A DNA stretch of 64,000 nucleotides from Callorhinchus milii (taxonomy: Eukaryota), in assembly GCF_018977255.1 (NCBI RefSeq), contig NW_024704742.1, forward strand, positions 83,020,001-83,084,000, in the 5' to 3' direction. Numbering within the stretch: the first letter of the stretch is position 1; every line of letters starts with the position of its first letter. The position numbers were made by a program, and so were the translations under genes. The notes under the pieces are model-generated. The model saw nothing but the letters and a program-made list of their open reading frames with translations. It had not been told where the DNA came from and made no database searches. This document shows positions 50,955-64,000 of the stretch, piece after piece.

Positions 50955-53015
50955 GTGAGTACACCAGAATTGGACAGCTGCAAACATGTGTCCTTTTTTT
51001 TACAACCACTCCATGTTTTTACAGATATCTTCTTGCAATTTTTTTTCTTTGCGAGGCAAACCACGTGCTGTTGGAATGTTTTGTCAGTGTGCTGCACTGC
51101 ATGCACTAACACGTGCCAGAAAGATTTTTTTTATATACCTTTTTACTTTGTACTAATTCATTGCATGGAAAGGAGCACTAAATTTGTAGTGTGCACAGGG
51201 CGGTTTGGTCTGTGCATACCATTTTAGGTGTCCTTTGTGGATTGAATAGATTCACATGTGTCCAGTTCCTGCTCAGTTATGTTAGTAATTGTTGGGCCAT
51301 GGATGAAGTCAGTTGGAGTTTTCAAATAGTAGTGCTTAGATGTGATTTCCCACACAATTTGTGAATGGCCATCAAGAACAAATGGTTTCCAAAGGTTAGA
51401 AAAGAAGCTGCACTTTTTGATCACAAGCTAGTTCCCTCCAGAAAGTCATAGGTGGGGTTTTCCTTGCGAGAGAGTGCAGCTGCATTGTGGAATAGTTTGC
51501 ATTGCAAAATAGCGGCAAGCCCCTTGCGGGGAAAAAATGAATGAAATTCCAATCTCCTCTATTTGAATGTGCCATCCTAGGTTCAGTGTTTGTGCACAAA
51601 CCTGCTCCTCATCTCGTAAGAACATAAGCAATGCTAGACAAAAGAAGACCAAGGTTCATCCAGTTTGCCTAAGACCATCTTGGCAGTCGCATGCACATGT
51701 CATGTCCCAAACTATATCTGAAGATAAAGATCCCAAGCTAAAGAATCAACATTTTCTGCTTCCACTGAAACCTGTTTCCACAGATTTATTTTGAATTTGC
51801 CTCTCTTCAATCGCAGGCCATGTCCTCTGGTTTTACTGTTCTGGACATGCTAAAACAACAAAAAACAATAATTTTTAAATTAAAAAAATAAAAAATCTTT
51901 TGCACAAAATCTTGTGAAGCGCTTTGAGATGTCTTGATGTTGATTAATAATATTTGCATTTGATAATGTGATAAAACATCAACAAATGCCAGCATTATTA
52001 TCAAATGCAAGGATTTTAACCAATGTAAAGAGATGATGAGCACCTTTGTCTTCAAACAATGACACCTTGCCTTATGGTGTTCCAGAGCGAATTTTTCAAT
52101 TAATTTTTGGTTGACTCTTTATGGACCCATGATTTTATACCTGAAGGAACAGTTCAGTACATTATGGTCATTTGCCACTTACTTCACCTCTTAGCCCATG
52201 TCTTGAGTTGTGTCTGACTCATATCTAGTGTCTGTGATACTTACCCACACTTTTGCATGTATATTAGCATTGTCTTGGCCTGTTTTGGCATCACCACAGT
52301 TTGGAACTACAGATTAGGTTGTTTACTACATATCTAGGCATGCATTTAATGTACTGGATAGAAAAGAGTTTGAACAAGTCAAAGTTAAGTTTGCATACTT
52401 TACCCTGATCTGCTTAATGGTATTGACCAACCTGATTGTCTCAAGACTTTTGACTGAAATTTATGGCTCTTGCATTTGATGTTGTACAGAAGTATAAACT
52501 AAATGACTATTGTTTTAAAATGTATTTTACATTTTCCGGTTCTAATTTTATCTGGAATTTGTGCAATTTCTTGCCAGGATTCTATCCTGTTAGAATTCCC
52601 CTTGACCCATGGAAACTCTGCCCCGTAGTAGACTGCATCAAAGCAAAATGACTGCTGGTTGAAGTGATACACTTCCAATTACCAGGGCTCCCCATCGGTC
52701 CTTATTAAGGAATTACATTAAGGAACACTGCCCGCTGGATAGACCTCATAATATGAAAAGCATTTTTGCATTTTGATAACTGGCAAAGACGTTTCAAACT
52801 CAAAAACATGCAATACGACAATACAAATGTATACATTTATAGTGCGCCTTTCACATTGGGAAGACCTCCCAAGGCACATAAAAACATAATAGCATTTAGC
52901 ATAAGTATTAAATTGCCATTAACAATTCAGGACCCTGATTATTCTGTTTCTGAATAGCTGACTCGAGAAGAGATACTTACTGCAGCATTTATTCTGTTTC
53001 CCCTTTTGTGTACAG

Positions 53016-53133
53016 GAGATGATCATTCTCAGGCTTCTGCCTGAAACAACCTACTCTGTCACTGTGACAGCTTACACAACAAAAGGAGACGGAGCTCGCA
53101 GCAGAGCCAAGTTTGTGGCAACCACTGGTGCAG
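53016..53133 (+). CDS. PTPRD: PTPRD exon, FNIII-5 second part ([39 protein letters not shown])
   Basis: tgtacag|GAG...GCAG|gtgggt; 118 nt, phase 0-1. Confidence 0.94.
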
Positions 53134-55207
53134 GTGGGTGAGTTCTGGAGGGAAAAAAAACATACTGGCTTCCAGGCATTTGATGTGGAATAGCAACCAG
53201 CAGTACATTCACAGCAACAAAGTCATCCTCATGTCATTCAAATCATTATGTGTTGAAACCGCCGCATTATTATTTCTATATTTTGGATTTAGTTGTTATT
53301 GCTGTGTGCCATTTCCATGAGTAAAAAAAATGTTATCCACAAGGAAAGGAGAACAAAGCGAGGAGAGGGAGGTGAGGGTAATAAATCTGTTTGCTGCCAA
53401 TTTTAAAATGACAGAAGCAAGAGTGGATTGGCATTGCCCTTTGCTCCTATTTGCAGGCCAGCTTGACAGAAGCTCAACTACTTTCCGTTCAGTTATATTA
53501 TGCCCAAAGGAAATCCAGAATTTTAACAGAAGGGATTGAAATTGCAATATTCCCAACAGATTTCAAACTAAATCCTTCAGGTGACGGGGCCACCCACAAA
53601 GCATCCATTCCGTTCCACCATCGCCTTCTCAAAGCATCTGGGGGGCATTTTTGACCCCCAGAACAACTCTGGTGCAAACTGGTTGGGTCAAATAGCCTGT
53701 TTCAGTGCCTTATCATTCTGGTTAATTATGTAAATATCACAAGAGGGGTTCAGATGAATAATAATAGTCATTGCATTTGACATAGAGCTTTATCATATCA
53801 TTGAGATGGCTCAAAGTGCTTCACAGGATATACTGTAAAGTGAATTGACTGTATTGTTGTGGGTGAAACAAATGAAGAAGGCCTTTCACATTTGATCACA
53901 TCCTTCCAAAATACCCACCCTAGGGTCCTCCTGTCAGAGCACCAAGCTGTTTCTTAAATTAGGTCTTGCTTCAATCACCTTTGGATAACTAATTCCAGAT
54001 GTTAATCAGCTTCTGGGAAGAGAGATACTTACTGGTCACTGTCCTAAAATTGCCCACTGTAACCCTGAACTTGTGCCCTCTTGTTCTGCTGACCTGGCAT
54101 ATCCGAAAGTATTGTTTCAAGTCTACTTTCTTAATCCCACTTAAAGTGTGAAATACTTCTATGAGGTTATGCTAAAATGCCTCTTTTTCAAGGCTGAAGA
54201 GCCCTGCCTTGTTTGGTTGTTGCTCATTCCTCTTATACTGGTAGAGTCTGATTTAGTCTTGAGACATCTTTGCCAGTGATAAGATAGAACATTAGCCAAA
54301 TCAATCATCATTATTTTGAGGAGTATTGAAGCCATGAGCTGAGGGTGTCATTGCACTTCAGTTGAACTTCTTGCTGGGAGGGTAGCAGGGTGGGGTAAAT
54401 GTTTTATTGTGCTTTCAAGTTACGGAGAAGGTTCCCTCAGGCATGAAAGACGATTTTCCTCATGTTGATAAAAATTATGTGTGAATAGAGACAGGTGGCA
54501 AATTAATACTGTGAATCTCAATGGAAATCACTCATCGAACTCATTGTTTTTGATTGAGGGTCATTCAATAACTACTAGAAGGCGGCACACCCTTCTACCG
54601 AAAGAACAGCGTCTTCTTCCAGCTTATATCATCTGGCCCTAGTTTTTCTTTGAATCTTTTGATTTGTTTTCTAATGTAATTTTTAGTTGGGATGTCCTCC
54701 CGATGTGATAGGCGCTATACAAATGTAATTTTGTTGTTGTTTTTGTAGTCGCTGGGGACACTTTAGTCACTCTAGAGACTAAAAAATTACCTTGGAAAAA
54801 AAATCATATGAAACTGTTTCTTGTTTGTTTTCTTGACTTGATCAACAACAACATCAACTTGGGGGGTAGCGTCTCAGAGCACTTAACGGTAGTGTAGTTT
54901 GACGCCGAGCTGGAGAGAAAGGTGAGATGAAGATGGGAAAGCAGAGGAATTAAGGCAGTGAGTTCCAGAAGTTTGGGGCGTAGTGGCTGGAAGCATGCAC
55001 GGCCACTGATGGTGGAGAGGAGTGGCTGATTAGTCCAACAGGAGAGAAATCTCCACTCTCCTTATCCCAGAAATAAGTTTTATACCATCCTGGGCCGAAG
55101 CCCAATGTTTTCTTACAGTTAGTTCTGGACTGGGGAGCACATGAATTACTCCCATATCAAGCCTAGAAAACAATGATGTACTGGAGATGGAGGATTGTTA
55201 TCGAATA

Positions 55208-55385
55208 TAATAATAATAATAATCCTTGCATTTGATGTAGCGCCTTATCTCATCTTCTAGCGGTCTCAAAGCACTTCACAAAAGGTACTGTAAAGTGGGT
55301 TAACCATATATTTTGTGGGCGAAACGAGGCAGCCAATTGTGCACAGCAGGGTCCCACAAACAGTCTTGGATTGAGTGACCAAATT
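55208..55385 (-). mobile_element. SINE 3' half, moderately diverged
   Basis: (TAA)n tccttgcatttga...gcagccaattgtgcacagcagggtcccacaaacag. Confidence 0.8.
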
Positions 55386-57071
55386 ATTATTATTTTTGAA
55401 TATATGCAATCTAATGAGACCTGTAAGTCAGGGAAGAGGGGACATGTGTTAGAGGTACATTTAGAAAAATAGCAAATTTGCATAAACTTAAATGGGAGGA
55501 GGTATTGACAGAGGTGGACAATGTTTTAGAGAGGAGTGAGAGCCTAGTGGACGTTAGGTTTGAAGGGTGGAGCGGGGCGTTGAACAAGGCATCTGCAATG
55601 CCACACCATCTCTGACACATTCTGAAAGGTCACACATTTCACCTAAATGTATAGAGTTTAATCAGAATACATTAGAGTATTATGAGACTTGATCTGCCAT
55701 TTTCTCAATGTCAAATGACATGCCCAACTATTCAAACACTGTGCTTTGAATTTGACATCGTGTCAGCCCTTCGTTTAATTACAGCTTCCTTGCTGACTGG
55801 TGTGACAGGTACATGGTGTTGTAATTGACTACCTTTCAGCAATATTCCTGCTTGTAGACTGATTTTTTTGTGGAAACTCGATTTACATCTCTCCATATTA
55901 TCACTAGAATCCAAATTTCCAGATTGATTCACTTTCTGGCTGTTTGTGGGTCACTGCTGTGTGCAATTGGCTGCCGCATTTCACCCACAAAATACAATCA
56001 AATGTCCGTTGCTCATATACAAGAGAGGTGGGTGAGCTTGATCCGAGTAGCATCACAATAAAAGCTGATCATTTCCTTTTCTGACATCTGTATAAATTTG
56101 CAGCACAGAAGAAGGCCATTTGGCCCATTGTGTCTCTGCTGACTCTTTTAAAGTGCAATCCTTTTAGTTCCATTTACATGTCCTTTTCCCCTACCCCTTG
56201 TAGTTTACTCCTTTTTAAGAAATTTATCTCAACCACTTTTGAAGCTAATATGGATTCCTGTGTCAACCGCTGCTTCAGGCAGAGCATTCCATATCCTAAT
56301 TACCCCATGTGTGTGAAACATTTCTCTTAACCGTACCATTTGCTGATTTGCTAACAATTTTAAATTGATGTCCTCTAGTCACATCTGCACTTTAAGGCAG
56401 GTCTCTTTGGATAACTTTTAGGAATGGAAACCTTAACTGATTTTCCCTTCCTGAAACTTGAAAGGTGTATATCAAATGCAAGGAATATCAGTATTATTTT
56501 TATTTCGAAGGAAGTTCTCAACCTGCTGATGAAATCCAAAAACCCTTGTAATGTTTCTAGCAGGAAGACCACCAATCCAGAAATATTCATTGATTTGTTA
56601 TTCACTCCTTGCGGGGAGGAACGCAGAGTTTCCTTCAAGCCGAACTGGCTCCAATGTCAGAACCGGTCAGCCCTCTGTGGCGGTCTCTATAGTCCGATTC
56701 CTGAACCAGATGTATTCCAGGGCACTGCTAATGACACCAAAGCCAGCGTGGCTCATCGGCAGGACCTGGAAAGGCAGATCAGTCACTGGGAGCAGGGAAT
56801 CAACGCATTCCAATAAATATCTCTAGAATTTCCATGTGCAGGTGGGATGCATAGAACTCAGTTTGGTTTGGATACTCTTAAGCATGGTGAGGGTTTTCCA
56901 CAAGTGTCAGACACCTGGCTGACAATAAAAATTGAAGAACTGCATTGTGTTAGAAGAGAAAAGACAAGCTAAAGTTTCCTAAATGCAGCTTTGATAAAGA
57001 TCATAATAATCAATAAGCATTTCATTTGATATAGTTCTGATCACTTTTGGTAGGACTTGAAACCCAGTTTA

Positions 57072-57188
57072 TACTGATTTTTGCACATATTATTATTTAT
57101 TTATATTATATAAACAAGATTAATAGAAACACGCACGCGTGTGTGCGTGTTTCTATTAATCTTGTTCTTATATGTGCAAAAATCAGTA
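57072..57188. repeat. Two-part perfect inverted repeat (19-bp outer arms, 24-bp inner arms)
   Basis: 57072-57090 pairs with 57170-57188; 57113-57136 pairs with 57143-57166. Confidence 0.93.
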
Positions 57189-58355
57189 GTTAGATATTGT
57201 GACGGCTTGTTATGTAAATAATAATAATGTAAATTTCTAATGTAATTTTTTCAGTACTGGAAGCCACTTAGAAACTCTACTGAATAATTTAAACTGTAAT
57301 AACGTAAGAATAATAATCAGAATAATAACAAGCAAAAAATTACATTTGTATAGCGCCTTTTACGTCAGGAGGACGTCCCAATAATAATAACAATCCTTCC
57401 ATTTGATATGTCAGGAAGACATTTTAAAGCGCTTCAGAAGATTTACTGTAAAGTGTAGTGACTGTATTTGTTGCTGAACTTCAAAGTAGCTTCTTTCAGA
57501 AGTTGGGAGTTTGAAGAGAAAGGGAGAAAGGCACCACATCCTTCCCCTCCTGAATGACTAACAACTGTGAACTGGTATCTTGTCATAAATCAACTTATCA
57601 TCAGCAGCATGGAGTGGAAGGTATGACTCCCCCATCCCAAAGGGTTGTGACCGGGAAGAGACTGTGCTAACTACAGAGAAAAATCTGATAAGAGGAGCTC
57701 CACCTCCAAACTGCAAAGATGAATGAGTTTTGTCCAAGAGTTAGATATTTGTGGTTGAAGACCGAATAAAAACGTAAGGTATCCCTATTCTACAACTGTG
57801 CAATCTGCCATGATTGTACTTCTACAGTAACCTTTTACACCAATAAGTACCAGGTAGCTCAGCACTAGTGCTAAAACCCTCCAGAACAACAGAGAAAAAG
57901 AACAACGTCAACAACAATTCGCATTTATATTGTGCCCTTTACCCAATGCAGTGTCTCGGAGCACATTTGATGAGGACTGATTTTTATAGCGGTAATTTGG
58001 TAGCGTTTGCCTACAAAAACAGTCACTCCTCTTCATAGTAAATTCTGCGAAGCGCTTTGAGACGTCTTCCCATTGTGAAAGGCACTACACCAAATGTAAG
58101 TATTATTGTAAATGTTTACCCAAAGCAAAAGCCTATGGAATTTCGCTAGGATTTTAAGACAGGGTTGTGTTGTTACTCTCCAATTTATTTTGCAATTGGC
58201 AGGAGCAGTTTCCAATAATGTGATAACATCACTGGACGAGAAGCAACACATCAACTGTGGCACTTTTCACCACATTGTGTTTCTTGTTTGTGTGTGTATG
58301 TTACAGAGCACGATAATGAGCCCATTCTAATTCATGTTTTCATTTACTGTAACAG

Positions 58356-58943
58356 TTCCTGGAAGACCTCGTCTGCTGGTTAGTCACACACAGATGAACA
58401 CCGCCCTGATTCAGTGGCACCCTCCCGTGGAGACCTTCGGACCACTTCTGGGCTATCGTTTAAAATTCGGACGCAAAGACGCTGAACTTTTAACAACGCT
58501 GGAATTTTCAAAGAATGACGACCATTATACAGCCACTGACATCCACAAGGGCACCTCTTATGTCTTCAAACTCTCCGCAAAAAACCGAGTTGGCTTTGGA
58601 GAAGAGATTGTGAAAGAAATCACAATACTCGAAGATAAGCCAAGTGGATTCCCCCAAAACCCACGGGCTGACAGCACCACAGCAAGAAATATTGAGCTGA
58701 GCTGGCAGCCACCGGTCTTAGCAGAACGCAATGGCATTATTACCAAATATACCGTTCTGTACAGAGATATCAACAGCCCAAATAACCCAATAGAGCTCTC
58801 CGTGGCTTCTCCTGACACAAAGCTGATGCTCTCCAATCTAATTCCAGACACCACATATGATATCAAAGTTCAAGCTCATACAAGTAAAGGTCCCGGTCCA
58901 TATAGTCCTAGTGTTCAATTCCGGACACTGCCACAGGATCCAG
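58356..58943 (+). CDS. PTPRD: PTPRD exon, FNIII-6 and FNIII-7 ([21 protein letters not shown]...[11 protein letters not shown])
   Basis: taacag|TT...CCAG|gtagga; 588 nt; ORF 58334..58972. Confidence 0.96.
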
Positions 58944-59307
58944 GTAGGATTTGTCTATTTGTGTGCTGCTAGATGCAGGTGGATGACAATATTAGAGAGT
59001 TGGGTTTTTACTTTAGATCTCACTGCATCCTACAACGCGAAAGGTAAAGTACTTAATGTAGAATGGGGACTACTCAGTATATGCAAACCGTTGAGGCTCC
59101 CTAAGCCATCGTGACAATAAAGGTAAGTTTCAGTTACTAAGACTTAAATGCAAGTTCAAGTTGATATTGGGTTGTGTATAATGCAGGTAGGAGGTGTGAC
59201 TTCCAATGATACTGTTAAACACTGTCTGATAACTGTGTCGATAGGCCTCAAACAAGAAGTCAAAACAGTCCCATCTAAATTGACCTCCTACTTCCTTCTT
59301 TCAGCAG

Positions 59308-59405
59308 TGTTTGCAAAAAATTTCCATGTAAAAGCTCTAATGAAGACTTCCGTACTGTTGACGTGGGAGATTCCCGAGAACTATAACACTGCCATTCCTT
59401 TCAAA
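59308..59405 (+). CDS. PTPRD: PTPRD exon, FNIII-8 first part ([33 protein letters not shown]); alternative start at 59305
   Basis: tttcagcag|TG...TTCAAA|gtgagt; 98 or 101 nt, phase 1-0. Confidence 0.94.
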
Positions 59406-60549
59406 GTGAGTTGTCAATGCAAAATGCTGATCGATGCTGACTGTGACGCTGGTTGTATTTGAAACATGATTGAAACTGCCTTAAAGTTATAAAACTGCAG
59501 TAGAGTCTCTCCACTGTTCTCCTAACCTTTCTCAAGCACAGACCTATTATTCATGGTAACAAACGTGGACCTCTGTTAAATTACTGATTTAATAGTGCAG
59601 TGGGACGCAAGGTTAACTGAAAGAGCGAAACAGGCTTCCGCCAGTTCACCAAAGGTGACTTTATTTGTTTGCTCAGTGATTGATAGCATGCTGCTGGTGG
59701 TTACTTTGACGTGTTTAACCTGGCATTTTAACAAATTACCAAGCACAAACTACACCAATGCTGTCAGTCTGGGTTCTGTTGACAAACTGACAAGTATATC
59801 TTGTGTCAATCAAAGTTGAGATATGAAATCAGTTGAAGTTTGCAGACACAAGTATAACCCTCTCTGTTGGAAGTAGCATAATTTGTGAGCCCCACAAGGC
59901 TTTTAAGTGTAATAGCAGACTGCTCCTATTCCATTAGTTAACTGTCCATTTAAATAACATCAAGAAAATAACAATCAGGTATGAGACTCCTAAATCAGTG
60001 CTGCCTCTTTATCATAATATTTAATAATAATCCTTATATTTGGTATAATGCCTTTCAAGTTGGGAGAAAATCTCAAAGGATTATTATTATGATATTAGTG
60101 ATAGGATTTACAAATAGTGACCAAATCGCAAATAGAAGCACCTCTCTGTATCCGGAATTGTGTTGTGCCGACTGACAGGAATGCCGCTCTGGACTTCCCA
60201 TTTGTCTCTCCGTCACGTCACAGTAAACTTCCCGTCGTTCAGGATGAGGTACTTCCTGTTAACTGGCAGGAGCTATTATTCATGAATCTTGTTGAAAATA
60301 GCACATTACAAACCTTCATAAGAAGGTAAGATCACAAAAGGCTCTTTAGCCCATCCAGGCTCATCCCATCTTTTAGGTCTTTCATCAAAACTGTACAGAC
60401 TATTTTCATCTACAATCTGACTTACAGGCCTGAATTATTGTTTACTGAATTAGAAGCCTTGCATTTCCTCGATAGATGCTTCAACAGTTTGTGGTATATA
60501 ACTCAAAGGATGGATCATAAGTCAGAGGAGGTGAGACAAAGCATTAAGC

Positions 60550-60965
60550 CCAACCCTACCTTTAGTAACACGTGGAATTATAGTCATGCTATTACAGTAA
60601 GGGCATCTTGACATTGGAGGGTATAAGGTGAAGGATAATTATCTTGACAGCTGGAATATAGCATCTGAGTTGAGATGAGAGGCTACAGAGATTGGGAAAG
60701 TTCACACTAAAGAAGAGAAAGCTCAGGGAAGATCTTGTTGAATGTTCAAGATCCTAAAGAGCTTTAAATAAACAAAACCTATAAATCCTGGCCAAAGTCT
60801 GGAAGAGGGAAGGTAAACAGGCAGTACAGATTTAATCATTTAACAAAGACTTGAAGAACCTGTGAAATAGATTACTGGATAGTCGGTGGAGGCAAACTAG
60901 GTCAGCAAATTCAAGAGGGAATTAGAGAGCTATTTGGCAAACAAATTGATTGAGAGGTGTGAGGC
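60550..60965 (+). mobile_element. Degraded CR1 3' fragment
   Basis: gttcacactaaagaagagaaagctcagggaagatcttgttgaatgttcaagatcctaaag, resembling FTLEKRRLRGDLI..FKILK; gtggaggcaaac...aaattcaagagggaattagaga. Confidence 0.6.
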
Positions 60966-62235
60966 ATACATCTTATAAACTAACTCATGCCTCTTCCCTC
61001 ATTTATCATACTGTGGGATAGACCAGCCTGATGCAGCTCAGCACTCTTTTCATATAAGTTTCCTGTATATTTCTATTCTCCTAACATCATTGATTCCCTT
61101 TGAATCGTCTTCACTGCAGATTTTGCTGAACCTCATACTTATTGGAGCAACACTTTGCATCTCAGTTTCACCTCCAAATGCAGACATTGTACCTCGATAC
61201 TTTTATCAAAAGCCAGTGAGAAATATGGAGAGCTGGTTTCTGAAGGATTTATCCCATGGGATCCTAGCTAGCCAGAAATGTCCATGATGAACTTTTATCA
61301 TGATAGCTATCACCGCTTCCTGTTAACAAGGCGATTCATTATCCATTTTGCAGCTCCTTTCTTGATCCCACTAGCTTTCACATTATTCATTATTCTCTCT
61401 GTAAGTCAGGTATATGATATCCACTAGATTCCATAGCACAGACCTGTTCCACATTGTATAGATCTGAGCTCATTTGTAAACCCGTGTTCACATGAATCTA
61501 TTTATTGCCTTTGCTCTCACCGAATGTTTTTGGAGTGCATTCTGAGGAATCGACTCCCAATGTTTTCCCTGCTAAATTCACCAGGCAATGCTTCTGACTT
61601 TTTTTTGTTAGAGGAAAGGTCGAAATAAATGAGCTGTTCTCCAGCCCCCACCCACCCAGTACAACCCTTCTGTCAAATGAGCTGTGAGAAATGTCTGCAG
61701 CCACACGCACTATACACACCGTGTACTTATACTCTCATTTACTGAAATGCTCTCTCAGAAATGTGTATGTGATCTTGATGCTTAATGAAGCTTTTCAAGA
61801 AACTGCTTTTCTTACTCATCAAGTTGCTGCTGCTCACTATTTTCTCTGTCAATTCATACATACTACCCCACCACCACCCAGTTCTTTCTACTTTCTGCCA
61901 GTGGTTTCTGCAGTACAAACTGTTGTGATAAAACCTGCCTTCCACACTCCGTCTCAGGCTCAAAAAACTCCCATTTATAATTAATTCATTCCCCCAGATA
62001 CTGCGAGTTCAATGTCTCAGCCTGACAAACAACAAATATCGTTGAATCAAAGATAGCTCAGGGCTAAATTTTGCTAGAATCTTTGCCATAAAATGATTCA
62101 TAGCTACAAAATCAAACTTTGACAGAGTCTGAAATTAAGAACATATCAATAAACTATCAGTAAAGATTGAAATAATTATGTCATCTGTAAGTTACAGTAA
62201 ACTAATAGAAGTTTATTTTTCACACGGTGTTATAG

Positions 62236-62492
62236 ATCATCTATAATAATGACCACATTGAAGTGGATGGGAGAGCCACGCAGAAGCTGATCACCAACTT
62301 GAGACCGGACACATCGTACTCATTTGTCTTGACTAATCGAGGGAATAGTGCAGGTGGACTACAACAAGTGGTCTCAGCGCACACCGCGCCAGATATGCTC
62401 CGCACCAAGCCCGTCTTCATTGAGAAAACCAATTTGGATGGAATGCTGACTGTGGAGCTGACCGCAGTGCCACCTACACAAGCCGCAGTGAA
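62236..62492 (+). CDS. PTPRD: PTPRD exon, FNIII-8 second part and linker ([43 protein letters not shown]...PTQAAVK)
   Basis: ttatag|ATC...GTGAA|gtaagc; 257 nt; ORF 62263..62496. Confidence 0.94.
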
Positions 62493-62789
62493 GTAAGCAA
62501 TCGCTTAGCGATCCCTGCGATTGTACCTTCATCTCACGTGTGTTTTTTTAAACAAGCTGAGGTTATTTTACAGGTTATTCATCATATCTGTGGATAATTT
62601 TTTCTTGTGGGTATTTTTAATTTATTTTTTTCAATCAAAAATGGAAGTGGTCTTGCCCCTGGAGTTTTCCTATTGCTTATAACTGATGGGAATTCTGGCT
62701 CTAGGAGTAACCTCAATTAGGCACAGTAGTAAATCTGAACTGCTGTTAATTTTGCCTCTTTCTCCAGCGTAGGTTGTGTGGAGTTTATG

Positions 62790-63365
62790 CAATACAATTT
62801 ACATTTATGTAGCGTCTTTCACGTCAGGAGGAAGTGCCAAGGCGCTTTCCACCGTTCGCTGGGCACCCGATCTGGGGCTGGGAGACAAAGAGGGTTGGGG
62901 AGGGAAAAAATTACTGAAAGTACTGTCAAAGAGGTGTGTCTTGAGGTGGGCCTTGAACAAGAGGAGGGAGGGAAGGAGCGAGTCGGAGAGAATACAGAAT
63001 GGAGTTCCAGAGAGCACAGATCAATTGGCTGAAAGCTTGCACATCGATTGTAGGGTGGATAGGACAGGGGACCTGAAGCAGGCCTGTGTTCGCAATGGGA
63101 GCAAGGGGGTGGTTGGGTTGAAGGAGATCATGAAAGTTGGGTGGGGAGAGACCATAGAGGGATTTAAAGATGTGACTAAGGATTTTGAATTTAATCCTTT
63201 GGGAGGATGAAGATCCAGTAAGGATGGGGGTGATAGGCCCGCAGAGCCTGGTACAGGAGAGGACATGGGCTGCAGAGTTCTGGATAGTCTGCAGCTTGTG
63301 GAGGGAAGTGCTGGGGAAAGCATTGAGGGGAGCAAGAGGGTAGTCAAGCTGGGATGTGATGAAAG
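62790..63365 (-). mobile_element. L2 LINE 3' fragment
   Basis: Minus-strand ORF with AFITSQLDY...LHKLQTIQNSAAHVL...RIKFKIL...LWNS and FKAHLKTHLF. Confidence 0.88.
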
Positions 63366-64000
63366 CGACACAGAGGCTAAATCTAGTTGCAGCTACTGAT
63401 CCACCACCTAATTTTTCTCCATCAGTTAGAATCGCTGTTGTTGACAGAAATGGGAACACTCAAGGCTACTTTTACCTCAGTATTGAGAGCCCTATTCCTC
63501 TGCAACTGTACATCGCTCTGCGCCAGTATATTCCTGTTGTTGGCAAGATAAAATAGGAGGCGTGCTTTCCGATATTTTACAAGTTGAAATGTAACTAAAT
63601 AAAATCAATAGGCCCACAGATGGCAATGCATTATAGGATTCAAAGTGGATTTCCATGATATTGTACGTTTAATTATGGCCCTTGGGCAGAAAAATCCTTT
63701 GCTTTTGCAGTAACCGATATTTCTTTGGCAAATCTCACACGTGACAATCACTGACTACACCAGACAAGTGAGTAAATGATGGTGTGGAGAGGAGAAGCGC
63801 ATGGGGACAGAACATCCTTCTATGTCTAAATAAATACACACAACTGAGAATTTTGTTGTTTTCCAATTTAAATTCCCTTGTTTCTTAGTGTTTTATCACC
63901 AGTGCTGATATACGACTCATATTCTAGAATGAACACGTCGAGAGGGTATTGCTGGGGTAACCATTGTAGCAAAATGGGAGGCAAGATAGGAAAGGGTGGG

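Larger units (their letters stand above)
17500..62492 (+). other. PTPRD: Receptor-type tyrosine-protein phosphatase delta gene, partial (Ig2 to FNIII-8 ectodomain exons; gene extends beyond both window ends)
   Basis: Collinear exons with AG/GT ends and compatible phases encode LAR-family Ig/FNIII domains. [35 protein letters not shown] and [10 protein letters not shown] match PTPRD better than PTPRS or PTPRF. Confidence 0.93.

Noticed and set aside
17500..62492. PTPRD pseudogene
   Set aside because: Only one lesion, in a C run; all other exons, splice sites and microexons are intact.

Overview
Vertebrate genomic DNA, probably from a cartilaginous fish (inferred from the L2/CR1/DeuSINE repeat content; holocephalan-like, not proven). 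The whole window lies inside one + strand gene, the LAR-family receptor tyrosine phosphatase PTPRD. Bases 1-17499 appear intronic (no upstream exon recognised). From 17500 to 62492 I can trace 11 standard exons covering Ig2, Ig3 and FNIII-1 to FNIII-8, plus four known neural microexons: meA3 (9 nt), meA6 (18 nt), meB (12 nt) and meC (27 nt). All have AG/GT boundaries. The gene continues beyond both window ends. Highlights: (1) the second Ig2 exon is 1 nt short (110 nt) and stops prematurely as written. (2) A 19-nt candidate microexon upstream has strong splice signals, shares the TGCATG/ACTAAC motifs of the known microexons, and would exactly restore that frame; it would be a poison exon if the missing base is an assembly error. 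(3) There is a second, frame-preserving 21-nt candidate microexon. (4) The 5' junctions of several L2, CR1 and SINE insertions carry templated inverted or direct duplications. Introns also hold young tRNA-Ala-headed SINEs, older Deu-domain SINEs, L2 and CR1 remnants, a hAT-Charlie-type MITE and a TA-flanked Tc1/pogo-like element. Comparisons with human sequences are from memory, not a database search.
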